64,000 bases of DNA from Octopus sinensis (Eukaryota). The notes under the pieces were generated by a model. It did no database searches. It saw nothing but the letters and a program-made list of their open reading frames with translations, and was not told the DNA's origin. Below are positions 27,698-40,620 of the stretch, in pieces. The stretch is taken from positions 151,273 through 215,272 of the forward strand of contig NW_021831986.1 in assembly GCF_006345805.1 (NCBI RefSeq), written 5' to 3'. Position 1 is the stretch's first letter. Every line of letters begins with the position of its first letter. The position numbers were made by a program, and so were the translations under genes.

Positions 27698-29038
27698 CTC
27701 TGTGTGCCTTGTGTATGTGCTGTGATTTGTTGTGATGCTCTGATTGTTATTGTATGGAAAGTGTTCTGCGTAGGATGTGTGCAGTGCCTAGTAATGCAAT
27801 TTTCTCTATGTTATATGTGTTTGTAAGTCCTGGTGTTTTTGTTATGTAATTGTCTGAATATTTTTTTATCATGCCCAATGCACCTATTATGATAGGAAAT
27901 TTTTCTGTTTTTAGATTCCACATTCTGGTTACCTCTATTTCCAGCCTTTGTATTTGAGGATTTCTCCATTTCGTTTAGAGACACGTTGTCATCTGCCGGT
28001 ATTGATACGTCAATTAAAAAGCATTTTTTTTCTTCATGATCTCTGACAACTATATCTGGTCTGTTGGCCTTAATTTCTCTATCTGTGTGTATCGGCATGT
28101 CCCAGAGTAGGGTTGCTTTCTCGTTTTCTGTAACCTTTTCTGGTGTGTGCCTATACCTTCTTTTTTCTGTTGTTATTCTATAATGTTGGCATAGCTTCCA
28201 ATGTATGTAGGTTCCAACACTGTCATGTCTGTGAATATTTTCCTTCTTAGCCAGGACTGGGCAGCTAGAGATAATATGATTTATTGTTTCTTGTCCATCT
28301 CCACATATTCTGCAGTTACTTGTTATATTTCTTTTCATTACATGTATTTGGTAATTTCTGGTGGGGAGGCTTTGGTCTTGTGCTGCAATTAAAAATCCCT
28401 CTGTCTCTGCTTTGAGTCCTGTTCTTCTCAACCATTGCTGGGATTTTTCTTTGTCTATTTCTTTTGCGTTTAGTTTAGTCCAATAATTAACATGAAGGGG
28501 CATTTCTTGCCATCGTTTTATTATGGCTCGTTGCTGTTTATTTTTAGTTTGGATTTCATTTGTATTATACCTTTTGTTGTTTCTTCATCGTCGTTTTCTT
28601 CTTCTTTATATTTATGAGGTGGTATGATTTCTTGTTTGTATTTGTCAGCTTCCTTAAATACTGAGAACAGTTTTTTGTTTTGCTCGTGTTTTGCCGCTAT
28701 TTGTATCAGTTTTCCTTCCTTCTGAAGTAGATATTTTGAAGTCCTATGGTGGTTAAATTGTTGTAGTTTTCCAGTTGTATAAGGCCTCTACCACCTTCTA
28801 TACGTTGTATATATAGTCTTTCTATGTCAGATTTTGGGTGATGCATCCTAGATCCAGTCATTATTTTTCTTGTTTTCCTATCTATTTTGGTCAGTTCATT
28901 TGGTGTCCAGTTAAGGATATTGTAGCTGTAACTTATAACTGGGACAGCAAAAGTGTTAATGCCTATTATCTTGTTTTTAGCATTGACCTCTGTTTTTAGT
29001 ACTGATCTAATTCGTCTATAATATTCTTTTTTTATTTT
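27698..29038 (-). mobile_element. Family A copy A2: 5'-truncated at KIKKEYYRR, last ~45 nt of the 3' UTR missing
   Basis: ORF 27811..28503 has CRICGDGQETINHIISSC and RPDIVVRD..LIDVSIP. Homologous to about 51860-53200. Confidence 0.9.
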
Positions 29039-29055
29039 TATTATTACTATTATTA

Positions 29056-32000
29056 CTTTTTTTTTCTTCTTTCAAATTTGCTTCCATTTCTTGCCGAGTG
29101 TCTTCCCGACTCCTAGGGCAAAGAAACTCATAGTATACACTGGTAGGCCATTAAACCAAACTCAGTAGTTCGTTCATTTTTTTTTTTTCAAGTTAAATTA
29201 AAATACATGAGCAGCAACAGTTCTCACATCGACAATGCTCTTCTCAATACGTGTGACGTACCAGTTAAGACAATCTTTTGCACTTCTTGCAGAGATGGTA
29301 AGCCAGGGATCATCTCATATAATTTTCGGTTCCCTTCTTGATCATTCCTAGTGCTCCTACGATCACTGGTATTGTAACCGCCTTGAGATGCCACATTTTC
29401 TCAATTTCAATGAGTAGGTCTTTATATTTTCTGAGCTTGTCAAACTCTTTCGCTGAGATATTACGATCACAGGAGATGCTCATGTCGATCAATAAGCAAA
29501 CTTTATTGTTTTGGTCTTTCACAACAATATCTGGTTTATTGGCCTTGATGGTTCGGTCTGTATGTACTGGAAAGATCCACAGAATGGTTACATTTTCTCC
29601 TTCAGTTACAGCCTCAGGGTGGTGATTATACCACTTGTCGTTAGTTTTGATATTGTAATGCCGACTTATTAGCCAGTGGAGATATTGGCCAACTCTGTCA
29701 TGTCTTAATTTATACTCCACTGGTGCTAAGACTTTACATCCAGAGATTAGGTGGTCCACTGTTTCAATCATGTCGTTGCAGAATCGGCATTTTGGGTCTG
29801 CTCCATTTTTCATCACATTGGCCTGGTAGTTCCGGGTTAATAGGCTTTGATCTTGAGCAGCCAGGATGAAACCTTCGCTCTCTGCTTTTAGCCCTGAGCT
29901 CCGTAGCCACTGATGGGTTTGCTTCTGGTCAACATCAGCTTGTTTGCTGCGGGTCACATATTTGCCGTGCAGAGGTTTCTCCTCCCACCTATCAGCCAAT
30001 TGCTCGTGCGCTTTTTTCATTGCCATCATTTTCACCTTCTTTGCAACAATAGTTGCCGTACTTCCCTCGGGTTGTTCAGTTTGGGTATCCTGCACGAGAT
30101 CAATAGCAAATTTTTTGCTTTCCTTTATGATAGAATGAAGCTTCTTTCGTCTCTCGTGATTTTCCACGAGCTTTAGCATCCAGTCATTCGATATTTCGAG
30201 ATATTTGGCCAGTCCAATTGTGGTTGTTTTGTAAGCTAGTTCAAATTGGATCAGGCCTCGACCTCCTTGGGCTCTGGGAAGGTAAAAGCGATCTACATCT
30301 GCCTTAGGGTGGTGCATCCTATTACAACTCAGCAGCTTGCGTATTTTTCTATTTATATTCTTTACTTCACTCATATTCCAGTTCAACACATTGTAGCTAT
30401 AAGTAACAACTGGAACTGCTAAGGAATTTATAGCTAACACCTTGTTACGTGCATTTAGTTCAGATTTCAGGACTGCACGAACTCTCCTATAACATTCCTT
30501 CCTGATTTTCTCTTTCATGCTTGCATGCTGAATACCAGAGCCTTCATTTATCCCTAAATATTTGTATGTTTGTTCTTGCTCAAGCTCTCTTATGACTGTG
30601 TCAACATCTTACACGACTGAATTTGTGGTCTTCACTTTCCCTTTCTGGAAAGTGGCCTTGGCACACTTCTCAGGTCCAAACTCCATCCCGATGTCATCGC
30701 TGAATGCTTTCACGGTGCGCAATAGGCCTTCAAGTTCATTATTGTCTTTACCATGAAGTTTTAAGTCATCCATATAAAATAGATGGCTTATTTTTTTATT
30801 GGCAATTTTATACCCATACCCTGTTCTGTTTAATTCATTTGTAAGGGGTATTAGGGCTATGCAGAATATTAAAGGTGAAAGTGAGTCACCTTGAAAAATT
30901 CCACAGTTGATGTTTATATTTTCTGAGGCAAGTACTCCATTAGAGTGGTATAATTGGAGATTCGTATTCCACAACGACATATTGTGCTTCAGGAAGTTTG
31001 AAATCACAGGGGAAATTTTGAAGATGTCCAGCGATCTCAAGATCCATGGATGCGGTATACTGTCGAAGGTCTTTTTGTAGTCAATCCATGCGGTGCTGAG
31101 ATTTCTGCGCTTGTTGTGACAGTTCTCATACGATTGATCTTTGCATCCGTAAGAATTTCGGCGGCACCCTTTTTGTTCAATGGGGAAAATATCGTTCTTC
31201 TCCATGAATGCATATGTTTTCTCCGCCAGGATAGATGTTAGGATTTTATACGTGGTGGATAGACAGGTTATAGGCCGATAGTGTTTTGGAAGGTTGGTTT
31301 CGTTATTCTTTGGGAGTAGGTAAGTAATGCCACTTGCTAACCATTCAGGTGTTTTCTTTGGGTCTCTCATAATTCCATTGAGCAGCTGAACTAGCTTACT
31401 GTGTGCGCATGGGAGCGATGCGAGCCAGAATTTCGGCACCCTATCTTTACCGGGGGATTTCCAATTATGGGCCTTCGTGAGTGCCTTTCTTAGGTCTGCT
31501 ATTGTGATGTCTTCCCATGCTTGTTGTTTTAAATTTTGGTAGGATCCTTCAGTTTGTATAATCCAGTCTGCATTTATGTTGTACGTCTTCTTGTCACTCC
31601 AAATACTTTTCCAAAATTTTTGAACTTCTTCCATGGGAGGGGGGTCTTTAACGGTTACTTTCTCCTTCCCTATTTCTCTGTAGAATCTTTTGGCATTGGA
31701 TGTGAACAGCTTATTTTGCTTGTAAAACTTGTTTCTCTTCTCAAATCTTCGTATTCTTTGGGCTTTTGCTTGGACTTTTTGTTTCAGCGTTTCTTTTATT
31801 GATATCAGTTCTTCTCTTGGTGAGGATCCAAATTTTCTCTTCATCTTTCTTCCTGTTCTGGATCATTTCCACATATTAGTTCATTTAATATTGATATTTC
31901 CCCTCTCATAAATTCAATCTCTTTTTCAATTTTACTTCTCCAGGTTTGATTTCTTCCCAGGTTTTGTTTTCTTTGTTTTCTCGGGAGCATACAGCTGGTT

Positions 32001-32997
32001 TCAATTGCCCTAGCAGAAGCGTAAATAATTTCATTTAACTCAGTAAAATCAGGTTTTAATTCTCGTATTATTTCATTTGTTACATAGTTGCCAATTTGGA
32101 TTTGTTTTTTATTTTGGTTTGTATTTGAGAGTTTATGAAGTGTTTCTCTATCATTCATACTTGTATGTCTTACAACTTCAAGCGTATTCAGGATTTTCTG
32201 CCTCATTTCTGCCATAGACTCTCTGTGTCCTTCAGCAAATGCGAGATCTTCAGTTACTGTTGTTTTTTCGTTTTCCTGGCTATCTTTAACAGGTACAATA
32301 GAATTTCTTGTATCTTCAGGCCTTTGCGTACTTTGGTCAGATGGCAGTCTTTCAATTAAGCCTCGTGGTGGGCTATACTGTTCATCTGATTCTTCATTTC
32401 CTTTGAGTCGTATATTTATGTCATTTTCCATTGCGTGCTTGATCGCACTTATTTCACTGTCTGTGAGTCTGTTATTTCTAAGGATATCCCTCCTCACATT
32501 TGCTAATTTGTTCTCGTCCAAATAGGGCCTACTGTCTTGATTCCGTGTTCTCCATATACTGTAAGAGTTTGCGGTGTGTCTCTCTTGAGATGGCCTACCT
32601 AATGCATAGTAATAAGCGTATATTACTTCTTTATACTCTCCTCGGGTCCATTTGTTCCGCTTACATTTTTCTTTCTGTGGTGGTTGTGGTGGTGAACTTG
32701 GAGGGCTCGAGTTGGGGGATTTCCCGTTCAAGTGACCATCCATGTCCGTATTCGGAGAAGAGTTTGTGCCAGTTGATGACTTTTCGATCCCAGGCTGGCT
32801 CTTCCCTGGGGGACGCGCTTCCAGATTAACCATAGGACAAGCGATTTGGTATACTGATTTAGTTTTCCTTTTAGTTTCCAAAAACATTTTGGTGCTACGA
32901 TAATGTTATCATTTTTTAGCTTTGATTGGCTAGTGGGGAGACGGCCATCGTTGCCGTTACAATTATAATCGTACCATTATAGCAGCCGTAGTCGGCT
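29056..32997 (-). mobile_element. R4/Dong-type family B, full-length copy B1 (about 3.9 kb, frameshifted)
   Basis: ORFs 31841..32887 (KWTRGEY..KLANVRRDI), 30609..31844 (RT: WIDYKKTFDS, QGDSLSP, YMDD) and 29310..30518 (CRFC..HLISGC; KPDIVVKD..LIDMS). ATT repeats on both sides. Confidence 0.93.
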
Positions 32998-33017
32998 TAT
33001 TATTGTTATTATCATCA

Positions 33018-36000
33018 CCAGTAGAGAGCATTTTGCCCACTCAAGATCAGCAATAATTTACGGTAAAGCTGAATCCACCCGTGATACAGGCATAAACCGC
33101 CTAAAAGATGACATTAATTTTGTTTCCATTTTGGTTGGAGAATTGTTCTCTGTGAACGAAAAGGTCAGTGTCCTTAAGGTCGCTCGGCTAGGAAGATTCC
33201 AAGCGAACCCAACCGCAGATACTAGACCACGCCCAATAAGGGTAATCTTTTCTTCTGATCGGGAGGCTTCAGTCTTACTGAACAGAGCTCAGACGCATGC
33301 TTGGGAGGACCCCAATATGGGTTTTCGCGAGGAATACTCACTAAGAGAGAGAATTCGCCGGAGAAACCTGATATCCGAACTAAAGATGAGGAAACAAATG
33401 GGAGAGAAGGGTTTACGAATCCAAGATGGACAGATAATCAAGTCCTACCTCTGGTCCCATGCTGTAGTGCTGACAGGGAAAGTGATGTGAGGGCAAATCG
33501 AAGTGAAGTTGATACCCCCGTCAACGATGCTATATCTGATACACCTTATTCTGCTTGTTCCCCAACTCCCGCCCCTCAGACTTCACAGCTCAGCATCGTC
33601 TACACCAACTCGTGCTCCTTATTCCCAAAGTTCAGTGAACTATTTACACTGGCCATACGTGACTCCCTTGATGTGATAGCTATCACCGAGACTTGGCTGA
33701 CTCCAGCAGTAAAGGACTCAGAAATCCACCTGCAGGGCTACGTCCTTTTCAGATGTGACAGAGGAAAAAGGCGAGGTGGAGGTTTTGCTGTGTATGTTAA
33801 GTCTGAGAACAAACCGTCCAGCGGTATTCTACCCACTAACGCTCAGCCTACAACAAAATTCGATGCCGTCTATTGCAAGCTGAGCCTATCTGAGTTTTGC
33901 CTGCCCGTGTTGGCTGTCTACAGGCCGCCTCTTGCCGACCCCCAGGACGATGCTCATTTACTCGAAGCGATAAGATTCGTTTCAGCTTTGCATGACTGTT
34001 TGGTACTAGGAGACTTCAACGCTCCCACGATCGATTGGCCCGCATCAATTTGTACAACATCTTCCCGGTTCGGCCAGGCCCTTCTTGACGTGGCTGAAGA
34101 TTGTTTTCTATCGCAACAAGTTGAATATCCGACAAGGCATCGGTCTGGGCAGCAGCCATCTATACTAGATCTGGTATTCTCCCGCTATCCAATATCAGTG
34201 TCAGACGTATCTGTGTGCGCCCCTCTTGCCAAGAGTGATCATGCAGTCCTGAAGTTCGTCATGCACACAACTTTTTCTGCGCCCACGACTACTTCGCTGC
34301 CACGTAGAGTCTTCTCTGCAATTAATCTTGAAATTCTAACCGAGGCTTCCGCGCTTCTGGACTGGCGATCCCTGATGACGTTGTCCTCAGTTGACGAACT
34401 ATGGTCATCCATCAAAGCATATGTAATCTGTTTGACTGACCAGGCAGTTCCCGTTGGGCTTCCCAAGAGGAAGAAACACAAGCCCTGGGTGACGAAGAGG
34501 GTTAAACGAGAACGTCGACTCAGAGATATTGCTTGGGCTGAATTCAAAAATCTGGATTCGACTGCAGCTTTTGAGGTGTACAAAACACAACGAGACCGAG
34601 CCGTGAAAATCGAAAAGAAAGAACGCTTCAGTTATGAATACAAAATCGCGGCAAATGCCAGTAGCAATCCAAAAACCTTCTTTGCCCATGTCCAGCGGAA
34701 TTCCCGCTTGAACAACCAGATTGCAACGTTGGTAGACTCAACAGGCGTATCGATTGAGTACCCTTATCAACAGAGTCAATTATTTGCCGAGGCTTTTTCA
34801 ACTATTTTCAAACAAGATGATGGTCGTGAACCCCCTCCATTTGATAGATCGGTACCTCCAATGCTTCGATTGATCATCACGCGGGACGAAGTCAAACGTG
34901 TTATTCAAGGCCTCGATGTCAACAAGGGTCACGGCCCTGACGGCATACACCCACGGGTTATCAAAGCGTTGGCTCCGGTCATCTGCGACCCCTTGACGCG
35001 ACTATTCAATATGTCATTAGCGACGGGTGTTATACCTGCAGACTGGAGAACAGCGATAATCTGCCCAATTTTCAAGAAAGGGAGCCGCGAAGACCCGCTT
35101 AACTACCGACCGGTTTCCCTTACATCAATAATCAGCAAGATGTTCGAAACCATCCTTAAGAAAAGTATGATGCTCCACCTCCTAAACACAGCCTCTATCT
35201 CTGATTCCCAACACGGCTTCGTGCCGAAGAGATCATGCTTGACCAACTTACTAGTAATGGAAGAATTGGTGACGCGCATCCTCGATGATAGTGATGCTGT
35301 TGACATCGTTTTACTGGACTTTGCCAAAGCTTTTGACTCGGTAAACCACCGCCTATTACTTGTCAAGCTTCAAGCATATAGTTTCCATTCGGATATTGTA
35401 CGATGGGTTGGTGCTTTCCTCTCAGATCGCTCCTTCCAAGTCCAAGTTAATGGTTCGCGGTCCGACGTCTACAGTGCGAGCAGTGGCGTGCCTCAAGGTT
35501 CAGTGCTTGGGCCCTTGTTGTTCTTAGTCTTCATAAATGACTTGCCCGACGACCTCACGCAACTCACCCTTCTATTTGCCGACGATATCAAACTGGTCGC
35601 TCCTCGCGGTAATATAGAGGATCTTCGTCGATGCCTCCACCAAATTTGGAAGTGGTCTAACGATTGGGACCTGTGTCTGAACATGTCAAAGTGCTGTCAT
35701 CTGCCTGTCGGCTCTACTCCTGCAACTCAACTTGATTTCGAGCCGGGTCGTCTGCTGCTGGAGAGGACCGATCAGGTAAAGGACCTAGGTATCTTGGTGG
35801 ATTCCTCCTTTTCGCCTTCGGCCCAGTGCGTCCATGATGACAACAAAGCACGCGGAATTCTGTTCTTGATTTGACTGTCATTCGGAATGCTCACAGCAGC
35901 CATATTCCTACCACTCTATGTCACGCTGGTGAGACCCATATTGGAGTATGGGATTCAAGCCTCTTCTCCTTATCTCCTCAAAGACATACAGCATCTCGAA

Positions 36001-36455
36001 AGAGTCCAGAAGCTGGCTACCCGCATGGTTCATGGTCTCAAACATTTGTCCTACGAAGAAAGGCTGAGGACGCTCGACCATTATTCTCTAGAAAAACGCC
36101 GCCGCCGTGGTGATCTCATTCTCGCCCACAACATCATAAGCGGAAAGTGTAACCTCTCGAAAGAGCTGTTCTTCACTCCTGCTCCAGAGCGTCGGCTGCG
36201 GGGGCATTCCGAAAAGCTCTACCTGCGACGATTTCATCTCAATCGAAGGAGAGGAGCTTTCTCTGTCCGGGTTGCGGATCCGTGGAACAAGCTGCCAGAC
36301 GAGATGGTAAAGATGCCGACGACCGCTTTGTTCAAAGCCTCCCTGGACCTCAAGTGGCCTGAACTCTTTACATGAACACCACCCTGTACTTAACTCCATG
36401 TCCCCCTACATGGCCTTGCTATTTGCTTTTGAGCCAAATTAACTAACTAACTAAC
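33018..36455 (+). mobile_element. APE-type CR1-group LINE (LINE E), 5'-truncated within ORF1
   Basis: ORF1 remnant 33131..33490 (RLG...RPRPIRVIF), then ORF2, a 3' hairpin CCATGT-CCCCCT-ACATGG and a (TAAC)n tail ending at 36455. Confidence 0.92.
33301..36375 (+). pseudogene. LINE E ORF2 (APE plus RT) with one in-frame TGA at 35872-35874
   Basis: ITETW, YRPP, GDFN, SDH; LDFAKAFDSV, GVPQGSVLGPLLF, FADD. ORF 35887..36375 continues in the same frame (RPILEY, RRRRGDLI). Confidence 0.9.
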
Positions 36456-36903
36456 CATTACCATCACTATCATCATCATCACCACCATTACCATCATCAT
36501 TATCATCATCACCATCACCATCACCACCATCATCATCAATGATATTGTTTTATGTGTAGTCACAGCAGTATCTTTTTTTATTTTTTATTTTTGTATTTTT
36601 TTATCATTATCACCATCACAGTAGTGTCTGTCTGTCTCGTTGGCTGGCTTGGTGGTTGGCTGGCTGATTGTCTTCAACACTAGAGTTCTTGCCTGTCAAA
36701 TAATACTTTCTTTGTGTTGGTTGAACTCTTTGAGTGTGTGTGTGTGTGTAGATAGATAGATAGATTATCAGCACCATTTCTATCATTATTATCATCATCA
36801 CCATCATCACCATCACCATCAGTGATTTTTTTTTTTTTGGTGGGGTCCTATCGGTCAAAAAAAGTTCAGATGTTTACTAATATTAGGCTTAAGAAAAATT
36901 AAG

Positions 36904-37518
36904 GAAGGGCTGTTCTGTATTGTTTGTGAATAGAGAAGTTGTGTTCGACCAGAGAGAATCTTAGCATCATCATTTTTTTTTCCATGTGCGTTTGTGTTAT
37001 TGCAATAAAAAGTGTTTGTATATTTCCTGTAAGGTAATATTGTGGAGGTTGAAGTTGACTTTTCTAGAGATGTTTGTATGTCCAGTTAGAAGAACAGGTG
37101 TGTTTTTACAATAAAAAGTATATGTTTACATTTATATTTGAATATTCAGGGAGGAAGCAAAGAAAAGTCAGATTTTCATAGAAAGTTTTAGGGTTTTGTA
37201 AGTCCACATAAAGAAAAGCGTGATGTTTTTAGAGAGAAGAAAAAAAAAAGGATGTTTACAGAGGCAATTGTGGGTATCAAAGTTTTTAAAGCTAGTCGAA
37301 TGTATGATTGAAAACTGTAGACATGTAAATTTGTAAATTTTCTTAACTTATTTTGAAGGGCTGTTCTGTATTTGTGAATAGAGAAGCTGTGTTCGACCAG
37401 AGAGAATGTTATCATTATTATTTTTTCCATGTGCGTTTGTGTTATTGCAATAAAAAGTGTTTGTATATTTCGTGCTTATTTTGAAGGGCTGTTCTGTATT
37501 ATTTATGAATAGAGAAGC

Positions 37519-37520
<2 letters not shown>
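36904..37520. repeat. Local ~120-bp direct duplication, two full copies and one partial
   Basis: GAAGGGCTGTTCTGTATT...GTGTTTGTATATTTC at about 36904 and 37356, with a partial copy at about 37484. Confidence 0.8.
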
Positions 37521-37585
<65 letters not shown>

Positions 37586-37646
37586 GTTATTATTTTTATC
37601 ATATATTATTATTATTATTATTATTGTTATTATTATTATTATTATG

Positions 37647-37698
<52 letters not shown>

Positions 37699-38011
37699 AT
37701 GATTATTAATATTATTATTATTTTTATTATTATTATTACTATTATTATTGTTAATATAATTATTATTATTATCATTATTATCATTAACATTATCATTATC
37801 AATATAATATCATTATTATTATTATTATTATTATTCTTATTCTTATTATTTTTATTATTATTATTATTATTCAGTAGTTAATAATAATAATAATAAAAAT
37901 AATAAGAATAATAATAATAATAATAATAATAATGATATTATATTGATAATGATAATGTTAATGATAATAATGATAATAATAATAATTATATTAACAATAA
38001 TAATAATAATA

Positions 38012-38049
<38 letters not shown>

Positions 38050-38050
38050 A

Positions 38051-38103
<53 letters not shown>

Positions 38104-38108
38104 CATCA

Positions 38109-38182
<74 letters not shown>
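37520..38182. repeat. (ATT)n array containing a ~130-bp-arm inverted duplication
   Basis: 37880-38010 is the reverse complement of 37741-37871. Mirror ORFs 37699..37881(+) and 37867..38154(-) confirm it. Confidence 0.9.
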
Positions 38183-38185
<3 letters not shown>

Positions 38186-40399
38186 TAGTTTTATTTTTAT
38201 TGCGTGCTTTCACTTCACTACCGAGCGCATTTCTGTGTGCCTTGGGTATGTGCTGTGATTTGTTGTGATGCTCTGATGGTTATTGTATGGAAAGTGTTCT
38301 GCGTAGGATGTGTGCAGTGCCTAGTAGTGCAATTTTCTGTATGTTATATGTGTTTGTAAGTCCTGGTGTTTTTGTTATGTATTTGTCTGAATATTTTTTT
38401 ATCATGCCTAATGCACCTACTATGATAGGAATTGTTTCTGTTTTCAGGTTCCACATTCTAGTTACCTCTATTTCCAGGACTTTGTATTTTGAGAGTTTCT
38501 CCATTTCTTTTAGAGACACGTTGTCATCTGCCGGTATTGATACATCAATTAGAAAGCATTTTTTTTCTTCATGGTCTCTGACAACTATATCTGGTCTGTT
38601 GGCCTTAATTTCTCTATCTGTGTGTATCGGCATATCCAGAGTATGGTTGCTTTCTCGTTTTCTGTGACCTTTTCTGGTGTGTGCCTATACCATCTTTTTT
38701 CTGTTGTTATTCCATAATGTTGGCATAGCTTCCAATGTATGTAGGTTCCAACTCTGTCATGTCTGTGAATATATTCCTTCTTAGCCAGGACTGGGCAGCT
38801 AGAGATAATATGATTTATTGTTTCTTGTCCATCTCCACATATTCTGCAGTTACTTGTAATATTTCTTTTCATTACATGTATTTGGTAATTTCTGGTGGGG
38901 AGGCTTTGGTCTTGTGCTGCAATTAAAAATCCCTCTGTTTCTGCTTTGAGTCCTGAGCTTCTCAACCATTGCTGGGATTTTTCTTTGTCTATTTCTTTTG
39001 CGTTTAGTTTAGTGCAGTATTTACCATGAAGGGGTTTTTCTTGCCATCGTTTTATCATGGCTCGTTGCTGTTCTATTTTTAGTTTGGATTTCATTTGTTT
39101 TATAGCTTTTGTTGTTTCTTCATCATCGTCTTCTTCTTCTTTGTGTTTATTAGGTGGTATGATTTCTTGTTTGTATTTGTCAGCTTCCTTAAATACTGAG
39201 AACAGTTTTTTGTTTTGCTCGTGTTTTGCCGCTATCTGGATCAGTTATTTATCCACAGGGTTTGTTTGGGTGGTGGTACTCTCCTGTTTGGGCGGGTTTG
39301 GGTGAGTATCCAGCTTCTTTTGTGGCTGCAGTGGCTGCTGCGTATATTAGGTTATTTAGCTCAGTGATATCACTTTTTTTTGTTTCAGTGGCTAGTTCAG
39401 TGACGGCTAGGTTTATGTTGTTTATAATTGGTGTTGTTATTGCGTTTATTTTTATTCTTGGGAGGTATGGTCGGTGGTCCATTTTGAGCTCTGTGGTTTT
39501 TAGTTCTTTGATTATTTTATTTTTATATTATCATAATCATTAGGCTCCCCTTCGTTGTTTACATCGTGTTTGTTGGGAATGTTGCGTTTGTCTTCGTGTT
39601 TTACAGTTTCAGTGTTTATATTATTGGGCATTGTTGTGTGGCTTCTATCTACATTTTCTTGGTGTATTTTTTCTTTTAAATGTTCTATTTCTATTTCTGA
39701 TATTTTTTTGGCTTTGAGAATGTATCTTCGTACTTTAGCTAATTTATTAGGGTTCATTGCTGTATCCAAGTCTATATCTCTATTATTTTCCTTCCATATT
39801 TTATATGTATGTGTTGTTGTATTTTCATTTTGTGGGTAGAGCATTGCTGTGAAGTATGCGTGTAAGATAGAAATGTATTCCTCACGTGTCCATTTACGTC
39901 TTTTGGGTTTTAATTGCGGGACATGAGGTACAACGTCCGGCCCATTATTTTGACGGTCGTCATTTTCGTAGGGTACCGGTCCGTTTATTTCTGTTGTCAC
40001 ATTATTTCGCACGTGTAGTTTTTCGTACATTTTTTGTTTTAGGTTTAATGTACGTACCGCTCGATTGTTATTCTTGGGTTGAATAGTATCGGTGGCATTT
40101 AATTTCTTCGTAGTTCCTTTGTACATGGTGTTTGAAGTCGGGGATGATCGTGTTGTTCCACGCATGTTTACATGTGTTGTGTTAGAGGTGGAGATAATAT
40201 CGAGTCAAAATACATCATTTCGTTTCGAAAATAGTAATAAATTTCAATTCGTATTACTTACTCGGATATAGTCCAATTCTTTGTTAGTAAATCTTTGGCT
40301 CCATAGGGTGTCCTTGTTTTCGATGTTTGTGGATAGATTTCGGAGCTCTGTATTTTCCTTCTTACATCTTAAACGTCCCCGGTGTCTTCTCTTAACGTC
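38183..40399 (-). mobile_element. Family A copy A3: both termini present, about 1745 bp including the whole RT deleted
   Basis: The junction TGGATCA-GTT-ATTTATCC at 39244-39246 joins the equivalents of A4 positions 52867 and 54612. Confidence 0.92.
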
Positions 40400-40403
40400 A
40401 TTA

Positions 40404-40472
<69 letters not shown>

Positions 40473-40564
40473 GTTATTATCATGATTATTATTATTATTA
40501 ATTTTAATATTGTTATTATCATTATTATCATTATTATCATTATATTATCATTATTATTATTATT

Positions 40565-40620
40565 CAGTAGTTTTATTTTATAGCGTGCTTTCACTTCACT
40601 ACCGAGCGCAGCTCTGTGTG
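40565..40620 (-). mobile_element. Family A 56-nt 3' terminal stub
   Basis: CAGTAGTTTT...GCTCTGTGTG matches the family A 3' terminus at 51812 onward. Confidence 0.88.
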
